Source: Candidatus Moraniibacteriota bacterium (lineage in GTDB: Bacteria; Patescibacteriota; Minisyncoccia; Moranbacterales; UBA9337). Taken from it: DNA of 36,484 nt. The position numbers were made by a program, and so were the translations under genes. Below the pieces are notes generated by a model. That model saw nothing but the letters and a program-made list of their open reading frames with translations, did not search any database and had not been told where the DNA came from. The first letter of the stretch is position 1. The number at the start of each line of letters is the position of its first letter. The stretch lies in the NCBI GenBank assembly GCA_036584565.1, contig JAZHDF010000097.1, positions 1-36,484 on the forward strand, in the 5' to 3' direction. This document shows positions 18,112 through 26,010 of the stretch, in pieces.

Positions 18112-19632
18112 TCCGGTGGGAGAATTGGGGGCACCGATTGTACTTCCGGATAATTCCATCGGGGTTAAACCGTCGGAAAGTTGCCAACCGCGAGAGCCGA
18201 TATATTCCATATATGATTCCTGCAAAACACCTTCTAATTCTATGGAGTCGGTCATGGTTCCGGTGAGATTATCAAGAATTACAACTCTGCTCATATCTAA
18301 TACTTCGGATGTATCCACAGCACTACCGGAGTTATGAATTATTATATTTTCCCCAATGTTAAATGGGCCGTCAGCACTGTCCGTTGTATTGTAAAAATTT
18401 ATCGGCCCCTCGAGAGTGTTTCTGTAAATATCAACGGAACCAACATTAGAGTTCTGATTTAATTCAATAGAGTTTCCGCTAATATTTTTGATATAGTTAT
18501 AGAGGATTTCATATTGACCACCGGAAACAGCTTGACTATTCATATTACCACCAATAGGATGATTAGGAACATTGTAAATATAGTTTCCGCGAACTGTTGG
18601 CCTGATAACATCCTGCTTAAGGGCTATACCTTCAATTGCACCACTTCCTGTCGTGTCGATTATGTCATAAATGATATTATTTTCAATTAACATCTTGGTT
18701 GTTGAATACACCTTAATTGCAGCTCCGTGATTTAAAGTATGCAGCATATTATCTTGTATCACGATATAGTTTTGTTGCGGGCCTTGTGCCCAAAGTCTAA
18801 AAAAAGACTGATTATTAAATCCATCCGTAGGTCCAAGGTCATACAATGTCATGCGTCTATATACAGTCCCGGTTTGATTATTTTGGATTCCATAGCTGGT
18901 CATATTTTTTATAGTTAGACCGTCAATATAAATTCGATTGTCTCCATTTGAGTAAAAAGCAATACTATAAGGCTCTTTTTTAAAATCCAATTCGGGATTT
19001 TCGCCAGGATATGCCAGCCACACCATAGGTTTGTAATTTCCGACAAATGGAACCCATGTTCCATCTTCGATATATGCATCCAGATAATATGTACCTGTCT
19101 TCCAATAGACGAACTCTCCGGGATGATAAGAAATACTCTTTGATGCATAATCATCCCCACCATAAATATCTTTCATGCTTTTCCATGGGTTGTCTTCTTT
19201 GCCGGTGCCACCCTCTGCTATACTTTTTCCGTTTACAGCATCAACAAATAAAAAACCTGAATTTGTTACAGTAATTGTCCAACTCACTGTTTGAATGTTT
19301 GATTCAGAATCAATTACTTGAGCGGTAACGTTATAGGGAGACGCATTTATTATCGGATTTAACCAAGATATTTCTCCGGTTCTTGAATTTATCGTCATTC
19401 CGGAAGGAGCTGTCGTCAAAGAATAGATATAAGGATAAAGTCCTCCTATCACCGCCATTCTGACATTATATTCAAGACCCGGATATGCTTTATAGAATCT
19501 ATTGGTGATATCCAACCCAGCCCGCGGTTGAATTATTTCCAGAGGATAATTGGCAGCTTGAACTTTTTGGGTAGCTAAAAAAAAGCTTAAAGAAAAAAAT
19601 ACTGTAAGGATTATTTTTGTTTTTTTATTCAT
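18097..19632 (-). CDS. Array gene C: secreted putative-Ig plus beta-helix protein
   Basis: Signal peptide, GGLYPYIYSLTTAPSGMTINSRTGEISW, GTGKEDNPWKS, IQDNML/IENNII/VRGNYI, C-terminal SPTGLNVI. Confidence 0.85.
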   Translation of the reverse strand: MNKKTKIILTVFFSLSFFLATQKVQAANYPLEIIQPRAGLDITNRFYKAYPGLEYNVRMAVIGGLYPYIYSLTTAPSGMTINSRTGEISWLNPIINASPYNVTAQVIDSESNIQTVSWTITVTNSGFLFVDAVNGKSIAEGGTGKEDNPWKSMKDIYGGDDYASKSISYHPGEFVYWKTGTYYLDAYIEDGTWVPFVGNYKPMVWLAYPGENPELDFKKEPYSIAFYSNGDNRIYIDGLTIKNMTSYGIQNNQTGTVYRRMTLYDLGPTDGFNNQSFFRLWAQGPQQNYIVIQDNMLHTLNHGAAIKVYSTTKMLIENNIIYDIIDTTGSGAIEGIALKQDVIRPTVRGNYIYNVPNHPIGGNMNSQAVSGGQYEILYNYIKNISGNSIELNQNSNVGSVDIYRNTLEGPINFYNTTDSADGPFNIGENIIIHNSGSAVDTSEVLDMSRVVILDNLTGTMTDSIELEGVLQESYMEYIGSRGWQLSDGLTPMELSGSTIGAPNSPTGLNVI

Positions 19633-19638
19633 ATTTTA

Positions 19639-20278
19639 GTCATAACACCCCCGCCAAAGGCGGTGGCTTGATGAGTAGGGTCGCCTCAAAGGCGACTTTT
19701 ACCATCGTTGGTTAATTAATTGGTTTTTTAGAACTTGTCATCATTCTCATTCTGCTCCCTGATATATTTTTTGATTATTTCTTCATCAAATCCGACTGTT
19801 GATACCGCATAGCCTCGAGCCCAAAAATGTGCTCCGGTGTAATTCCTGTCTTTTCCTTGCATTCGGGCGATTGCGATAGCACTTTTTCCTTTCATAAATC
19901 CTATCACGCTGGCTACGACATATTTGGGAGGAATTTCAATGCACATGTGCACATGGTCTTTGGTGAGATTTCCTTCGGTAATTTTGCTTTCTTTTTGGGT
20001 TGCCAGCTCATGCAGTATCTTTCTGAGCTCTTCTCTGATTTTACCATAAATTATCGCTTTTCTTCTTTTGGGGATGAATATTACGTGATATTTGCAATTC
20101 CATTTTGAATGCGATAAACTTTGATATAGATTAGACATAATTTTGTTTTAATGAACGATGACTTCTCATCAAGCCTAATTCATTTTACATCATTATGTCT
20201 TTTTTTGTGGTTGGGGTATAGGTAAAACCTTTTCGAGTCGCACTAGTGGAACTAGTGGTTTACCTTTTGGGAAAAACT
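19639..20278 (-). mobile_element. IS200/IS605-family element carrying tnpA only (IS200-like)
   Basis: Left-end hairpins GGTAAA..CACTAGT/ACTAGTG..TTTACC (20221-20264); right-end hairpins CCGCC-AAA-GGCGG (19651-19663) and GTCGCC/GGCGAC (19680-19696), ending in TGAC on the minus strand. Exact ends inferred. Confidence 0.85.
19728..20138 (-). CDS. tnpA: IS200/IS605 Y1 (HUH) transposase
   Basis: SLSHSKWNCKYHVIFIPKRR, DHVHM (HUH), KGKSA, HFWARGY, KKYIREQ (catalytic Tyr). Confidence 0.96.
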   Translation of the reverse strand: MSNLYQSLSHSKWNCKYHVIFIPKRRKAIIYGKIREELRKILHELATQKESKITEGNLTKDHVHMCIEIPPKYVVASVIGFMKGKSAIAIARMQGKDRNYTGAHFWARGYAVSTVGFDEEIIKKYIREQNENDDKF

Positions 20279-20280
20279 AA

Positions 20281-21903
20281 TTATAATACATTGAGGCCGG
20301 TGGGAGAATTAGGAGATATAATATCTGTATTTTCTACAAAATTCACAGGCGTAGATCCGTCTCCAAACTGCCAACCGTTATAGCCCAAATATTCACTATA
20401 CCCCAAAGTAAGCAAACCATCAGAATCAATAACTGATGCAATGTTAGTGTTATACAAATTATTTTCATCATTAATACAGGCTCTTCTGGCAATTCTTTGC
20501 TGGGCAGTCATGCCTCCATCGTTATTAAAAGAAAGGAAGTTATAAGTCTCATAAGTTGATGCATTACTATTAGGATTAAGAATAATATTGTCATTTAAAT
20601 AATAAGGACCGGAAAAACTACAATTTTCGGGATTAATAAACCTAAAATAAACATCTTGAGTAACGGTGTTACGCCAAAATTTTACTCTCTTGGTTGTCCC
20701 ACTTTCCGTATACCCCTCCGTATTAGTCTCAAAGGCGGTGGCTCTTTCCGTTGACACTTGTCTATAAAAAAGATTATATAAAATTTCCGTATAGTCAGAA
20801 TTGTATAATCTTGCATTGAGAATGAGGCCTTTATCAACAATAACTTTATTTCCCCTTATTGTCGTGTAACTTAGATTTTCTTTTGGCATAAGAGGATGAT
20901 TGAGTCCGTTAATTCCGGCTCCCCCACTGCTATGAATATAATTGTTTTCAATTAATATCTTATTATGATCATAGAGACTTCCGATTGCCGAGGCTCCTGT
21001 GAAATTAAAAAACTCATTATCTTGAATAACAAAAAAACTCCCAAAAGCCCCGCTTCTACTAAGAAACAAAAAGCCTTGATTTTCATTCACAGTCCTAACG
21101 GCAACTATATTGCTCCAGCTACATCGGCGTATCGTCATATAGCTATTATTATTACCCATAAGCATACCGTAGTCGGAAAAATTTGATAAATTTAATTTAT
21201 CAAAATAAGGTGAAGTTGAGAAAACACTAAATAATCTTTCATCTCCGTCAATATTTACGTCCTCGCCCGGATAACCAAGCCATGTTGCGGGATTGTCATT
21301 GAGATTAGTTGCCGCTTTGCCGGTTATTAACGCAATTTCTGCATTGGGATTGGAATTGTGCGCCGGTAAAATATAATTTCCACCTCGAAAATAAACTATC
21401 CTGGAGTTATCTCCGTTTATTGTTGAACTCAACATACTTAATACAGAACTATACGGCTTCTCAATACTTCCTGTTTCATCCCCCGAATAAGCACTATCTA
21501 CAAAAATAAATCCTTCCTCGGTAACCGCAATCGACCAAGAAGTTTGTACAGTGGTATCTTCCGAATCAGTCACGGATAAAGAAATATTATTTGCATCGGT
21601 TTGCGGATTAGGCCAAGAGATTTCTCCGGTTCTGGGATTGATAGTCATTCCCTCGGGTTGATTGGATAATGAATAGGTGTAAGGATAAGTTCCTCCGATG
21701 ACTGCGGCTCGGATATTGTATTCGATGCCGGGATAAGCCCTGAAAATTCGGTTGGTGGAAGGGATAGCCGGGTCGCCGGTTCCGGCCGGTTTGATGTTAG
21801 TTATCTCCAAAGGAAAGAAAGCGGCTTGGGAAATTTTTGAAAAAATAAAAAGACTTAAGATTAAAAGAAAGGTAGCATAAATTATTTTTGTTTTTTTATT
21901 CAT
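20281..21903 (-). CDS. Array gene D: secreted putative-Ig plus beta-helix protein
   Basis: Same N-terminal Ig block as gene A, TGSIEKPYSS/VYFRGGNY, IQDNEF/IENNYI/IRGNKV, C-terminal SPTGLNVL. Confidence 0.85.
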   Translation of the reverse strand: MNKKTKIIYATFLLILSLFIFSKISQAAFFPLEITNIKPAGTGDPAIPSTNRIFRAYPGIEYNIRAAVIGGTYPYTYSLSNQPEGMTINPRTGEISWPNPQTDANNISLSVTDSEDTTVQTSWSIAVTEEGFIFVDSAYSGDETGSIEKPYSSVLSMLSSTINGDNSRIVYFRGGNYILPAHNSNPNAEIALITGKAATNLNDNPATWLGYPGEDVNIDGDERLFSVFSTSPYFDKLNLSNFSDYGMLMGNNNSYMTIRRCSWSNIVAVRTVNENQGFLFLSRSGAFGSFFVIQDNEFFNFTGASAIGSLYDHNKILIENNYIHSSGGAGINGLNHPLMPKENLSYTTIRGNKVIVDKGLILNARLYNSDYTEILYNLFYRQVSTERATAFETNTEGYTESGTTKRVKFWRNTVTQDVYFRFINPENCSFSGPYYLNDNIILNPNSNASTYETYNFLSFNNDGGMTAQQRIARRACINDENNLYNTNIASVIDSDGLLTLGYSEYLGYNGWQFGDGSTPVNFVENTDIISPNSPTGLNVL

Positions 21904-21925
21904 CTCTATTTTTAATCTCTAATAA

Positions 21926-23188
21926 TCAATGCACCGCGCAAGAAATACAGGGATCATAAGCGCGGATGAAACCTCTCAGCTTTTGGGTTCTTTTTTCCTC
22001 CGGCAAATCTTTGACCTTGACCAAATACTCCGCGATGTCATTTTCCAGATGACTCAAAGCCTGGGCGGTAGGAGTGATAATATTGGCATTTTTGATATAG
22101 CCTTTATTGTCGATATCAACATGATAATAAAGCGTCCCGCGAGGCGCTTCCACAGCGGCCACTCCCACTCCTTCCCGCACTTGATATTTTTGCGTCAAGG
22201 CGTTTTCCAAATGCAAATTCCTCAAATTTCTCAAAATACCGATCGATTTCTCGATTGCCAAAATTATTTCCACCATTTGATAACTGACATTATGAAAAGG
22301 ATTGAAATCCGGCATCCGATAGCCCAAAGATTCCAAATAATGCTCGGCTCGCGGAGTAAGTTTTTTATAATTATTATTCATTCTGGCTATCGCTCCGACC
22401 ATATAACTGTTTCGATTCCTTGTCTCCACTCGCTTTACCACCTCATTCGGTTTTTGCAACTCATGAAAATTGTTTTCAAATTTTTCCACCGAAATCTTCA
22501 AACCCCTATTGGATACAATATCTCCTTCGTAAATGGAATAATCTCGTCCATTATTTAAACAAACATATTCCGTCTCCCGGGAAAATTCCGGAAATTTAAA
22601 CCGAGCAAAAAACTCTCCCAGTTTTTCCGCCGTTTCCAAGACTTCAATTCCTCTCTCAATCAATGCTTCGATTTCTTCTTTGGCGGGGACCTTTTTGAAT
22701 CCTCCCACCTCGTTGGTCAGAGGATGAATTACTCTGCCTCCGATTATTTTAACCAGCTCCATTCCAAATTCCCTGATTTTTATCGCCATTTTGGTCTCTT
22801 CAGGATATTGTTCCACCAGTTTTAAATCATTATCGATATCCAAAAGATCGGCCAGAGATAAAAAGAAAAGATGCAGAGCGTGAGAGTGGATAATCTGTCC
22901 CCACTCCAATAATTTGCGAAGCTCCTTGGTTTCGTCAGTAATCGGAACTCGCATCGCTTTTTCAATCGATTTAATGGCTGTCAAATTATGCACTACCGGA
23001 CAAATTCCGCAAATCCGTTGAGCGATAACCGGCATATCGCTATAGTGGCGTCCGATCAAAATTCCCTCGATTAAACGAATTCCCTCTTTGACCTCCAGTT
23101 TGGCGCTTTTAACATCGCCGCTAAGCACACTGGCCATAAAACCGGCATGCCCTTCCATTTTATTGATATGGTTTATTTTTATATTCAT
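21926..23188 (-). CDS. [NiFe]-hydrogenase large (alpha) subunit, group 3b-like
   Basis: KMEGH, L1 RICGICPVVH, HSHALHLFFL, EAPRGTLYYH, L2 DPCISCAVH followed directly by the stop. Confidence 0.95.
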   Translation of the reverse strand: MNIKINHINKMEGHAGFMASVLSGDVKSAKLEVKEGIRLIEGILIGRHYSDMPVIAQRICGICPVVHNLTAIKSIEKAMRVPITDETKELRKLLEWGQIIHSHALHLFFLSLADLLDIDNDLKLVEQYPEETKMAIKIREFGMELVKIIGGRVIHPLTNEVGGFKKVPAKEEIEALIERGIEVLETAEKLGEFFARFKFPEFSRETEYVCLNNGRDYSIYEGDIVSNRGLKISVEKFENNFHELQKPNEVVKRVETRNRNSYMVGAIARMNNNYKKLTPRAEHYLESLGYRMPDFNPFHNVSYQMVEIILAIEKSIGILRNLRNLHLENALTQKYQVREGVGVAAVEAPRGTLYYHVDIDNKGYIKNANIITPTAQALSHLENDIAEYLVKVKDLPEEKRTQKLRGFIRAYDPCISCAVH

Positions 23189-23194
23189 AAATTA

Positions 23195-23705
23195 TCTACA
23201 AAGTACGAATTTTACGAAATTACGAACTTGGTTTTTTAATTTAAATTAACAATTCTTTTAAATTTTACACCTTCTCTTGTGAAGTTGATCAATAATCCCA
23301 ATTTTAATCCTGTTGCCCTCAGATAAGAATAGATCTGATTAATATTTCTTTTTGAAAATCCATTACCCTGCTTTAACTCTATAATTATTATATCTTCATA
23401 TAAAAAATCTAATATATATTCCCCTATTTCCTTATCGTACATTTTAACTTTTAATCTCAATTGCTCCCTAAACTTCTTTTTATTTTTTTCAAATACACCA
23501 GCTACTGCTTTTTGATAAAAACTTTCCTTATGTCCGAATCCTATTTTATCCCAAATACTATACATCATCCCTATAATTTCATATGTTTCATCTGGATAAA
23601 TAATTTCCTTATTGGTTTTCATAAAATTATCCCAAAATAAAGTTTAAAATTCTTGTATATACAATATTTGGATTTCGTAATTTCGTAAAATTCGTAATTC
23701 GTAGA
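23195..23705. mobile_element. Inverted-repeat-bounded unit carrying a GxxExxY gene (putative intervening or mobile element)
   Basis: 32-bp inverted repeats at 23195-23226 and 23674-23705 (inner 23 bp perfect, 2 mismatches in the outer 9), flanked by CATAAATTA / CATAATTA. The repeats are certain; mobility is inferred. Confidence 0.65.
23236..23622 (-). CDS. GxxExxY protein (PD-(D/E)xK nuclease superfamily)
   Basis: GHKESFY (GxxExxY), ILDFLYEDIIIIELK, QIYSYL..TGLKLGLLINF; 128 aa. Confidence 0.93.
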   Translation of the reverse strand: MKTNKEIIYPDETYEIIGMMYSIWDKIGFGHKESFYQKAVAGVFEKNKKKFREQLRLKVKMYDKEIGEYILDFLYEDIIIIELKQGNGFSKRNINQIYSYLRATGLKLGLLINFTREGVKFKRIVNLN

Positions 23706-23710
23706 CATAA

Positions 23711-24487
23711 TTAATCTCCCCTCTCCTCAATATCATCCCTTAAGCCGAAAATTTCCGTCACATTTTCAAACTCTTCATCCGTCATCATTTTTTTCAGAGT
23801 GGCACGCATCGCTTTGACATTACCTTTGGGACGCAATCCGCGACAGCCCTGACAACCCATCCTGGCGGTCGGACAAACCGCATTGCAGCCGCCCAAAATC
23901 ATCGGCCCGAAACAAGGCTTGCCTTCCAAAAGCAGGCATTTGTTTCCTCTGGCTTTGCATTCGACACACACCGGCTGATCCGGTATTTGCGGAATCTCTC
24001 CTTTGAGCAAACTTGGGAAATATTTTAAAAACTCTTCTCCGTCAATCGGACAACCGGGAAAGACAAAATCCACTTTGACAAAATTATCCACTTCTTTGAT
24101 CTCCGGATTATTGATGCCTTGAATGTAACGATAAACATGCTTGATAGTATTTTTACCTTCTTGATAATTTTTGATTTCCGGAATTCCACCCATGGCCGCA
24201 CAATTTCCGATCACCACCAAGAGTTTGCTCCTCTCTCTGATTTTTTTCAGTGTTTCAATATTTCCCTCGGTAATCGGCGTCCCTTCGACAAAAGCGATGT
24301 CCAGTTCCACTCCCGAATCTTCCTGATCCTCTATCATTCCCCAATCCACCATTTCCACCTGCTTAACCACCTCCAAAAAACGCTCACCCAAATCCAAGAG
24401 CGCGAACTGACAACCCTCGCAGGAAGTCAGGCTGACTATGGCAATTTTTGGTTTTTTGTTTTCTTCTTTTTTATTTTCTGTTTCCAT
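23711..24487 (-). CDS. [NiFe]-hydrogenase small (delta) Fe-S subunit, group 3-like
   Basis: LTSCEGC, FVEG, IGNCAAMGG, PGCP, VCVECK, CFGP..GGCNAVCP..GCQGCRG. Confidence 0.93.
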   Translation of the reverse strand: METENKKEENKKPKIAIVSLTSCEGCQFALLDLGERFLEVVKQVEMVDWGMIEDQEDSGVELDIAFVEGTPITEGNIETLKKIRERSKLLVVIGNCAAMGGIPEIKNYQEGKNTIKHVYRYIQGINNPEIKEVDNFVKVDFVFPGCPIDGEEFLKYFPSLLKGEIPQIPDQPVCVECKARGNKCLLLEGKPCFGPMILGGCNAVCPTARMGCQGCRGLRPKGNVKAMRATLKKMMTDEEFENVTEIFGLRDDIEERGD

Positions 24488-24841
24488 AATTAAAAATAAT
24501 ATTTTATTTTCTAAATGATATAAAATAAAACCTACTTAAATTAATGCGGCCTTAAATTTATTTTCCTAAAAAAGGATTCTTTTTCGCAGCTGCCGTATGA
24601 AATGAAAGGCCGAAGGAAAAGGAACTTTTTGAGAAAAATAAATGCTCTAATCAATGATGATTCTTCCTTTTAAATTTTACCACATTTTGCCCGATTATAA
24701 AATTTTTTAGATTTATAAAATAATCGGGGACTCAACCTCTATCATTAAAATTAAACCTCCAAAACCAAAAATTAAAAAACAAGTCTTTTTATCATCGCCC
24801 CGATATGCTAATATGCTAACATATTTAAATCATTCTCCTCT

Positions 24842-25963
24842 ATGCGAATATTTGATTTTCCCTCCGAAGAAAATAAAATCGTCTTAGCCCTCGGGGCCGA
24901 ATCGGCCGGAAATTTTTCTGTTTTTAAAAATGGAAAAATATACTTCTCCGAGGATTTTCATGATTTGTCGGATGAAAAAAATTTTAAAAATTTCAAAAAA
25001 AAACTTTTATCTTTTCTCAAAAAAGAAAACATTAAACCCGCAATCATTATTTCCGATTTGCACCCCCTTTTCAGAACCACTTACTGGGCGGAAAAATTGA
25101 GCCAAAAATACCAAGCTCGACATATCCGAGTCCAACATCATTATGCTCACGTTTTTTCTTCCATCGGCGATAAATTAATAATGGACCGAAAATACAAAAC
25201 ACCGGAGATGCTTTACGGAATTGCGCTCGATGGCACCGGCTACGGAGAAGATGACCGGATTTGGGGAGGAGAATTGTTTCAACTGAAAATTAAAAATTCA
25301 AAATTAGAAGTTTTAGATAGAATAGGAAGCTTGGAAAATCAAATTATGTTGGGAGGCGAATTGGCTGTCAAGGAGCCCGCTCGGATGCTTATCTCAATTC
25401 TTTCCGATTTTTTATCCTCAAAAGAAGTTTATCCTCTTGTAAAAAAATATTACTCCGCCGCTGAATTTAAAATTTTATCTGCCCAATTGAAACAAAATTT
25501 CAACTGTTTGGAAACCTCCGGCGCCGGAAGAGTTCTCGACGCCGTTTCGATTCTTTTGGGATTTTCCGAGAACCGAAGAGACTTCAAGCACCAAGCCACT
25601 CTTTTACTGGAAAAAAATTCCACCCGGCCCTACTCGGATATAAAGCCTGCGCTTTTAAAAAATTCAAGGTTAATCCTCCGGATCACTCCCCTGTTTAAAT
25701 ATTTGATTCAAAATATCCGCCGAGATAAAAGTCGCTTGGGGGCCACTGCTCAATATTATCTCGCCCGGGGATTGACGAATATGATAAATAAATCAATCGC
25801 CCAAAAAAATCCTCCGGTCTTTGTCTCGGGAGGGTTAAGTAAAAACAAAATTATTTCCGATTATTTCCGTCGACAAGGTTTTTATCAACCGCAAATCATT
25901 CCTTACGGAGATGCCGGGTTAAGTTTCGGTCAAATCTTTTTCTATCTCTTCTATAAAAAATAA
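24842..25963 (+). CDS. hypF: HypF-like carbamoyltransferase, C-terminal Kae1-like domain only
   Basis: VLALGAE, SDLHP, VQHHYAH, ALDGTGYG..IWGGE, TSGAGRVLDAVS, GDAGLSFGQ; no acylphosphatase, zinc-finger or YrdC domains. Confidence 0.88.
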   Translation: MRIFDFPSEENKIVLALGAESAGNFSVFKNGKIYFSEDFHDLSDEKNFKNFKKKLLSFLKKENIKPAIIISDLHPLFRTTYWAEKLSQKYQARHIRVQHHYAHVFSSIGDKLIMDRKYKTPEMLYGIALDGTGYGEDDRIWGGELFQLKIKNSKLEVLDRIGSLENQIMLGGELAVKEPARMLISILSDFLSSKEVYPLVKKYYSAAEFKILSAQLKQNFNCLETSGAGRVLDAVSILLGFSENRRDFKHQATLLLEKNSTRPYSDIKPALLKNSRLILRITPLFKYLIQNIRRDKSRLGATAQYYLARGLTNMINKSIAQKNPPVFVSGGLSKNKIISDYFRRQGFYQPQIIPYGDAGLSFGQIFFYLFYKK

Positions 25964-25965
25964 AA

Positions 25966-25999
25966 AAGCTCGCCTACCCCGATAGCGGGAGGCGAGCTT
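25966..25999. terminator. Hairpin between convergent genes
   Basis: AAGCTCGCCT..AGGCGAGCTT stem with an A-run on the left (terminator for the minus-strand gene). Confidence 0.75.
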
Positions 26000-26010
26000 G
26001 CGAGACGATG

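Noticed and set aside
19639-20278. tnpB/IscB RNA-guided system
   Set aside because: Only ~90 bp lie between the tnpA stop and the right end, with no RuvC ORF.
15597-21903. Array as a diversity-generating retroelement or shufflon
   Set aside because: No reverse transcriptase or invertase. Differences between repeats are synonymous rather than adenine-specific, and all repeats are direct.
21926-21928. TGA as selenocysteine or recoded Gly (genetic code 25)
   Set aside because: The TGA follows the complete L2 motif, all four ligands are Cys, and long conserved genes translate fully in code 11.
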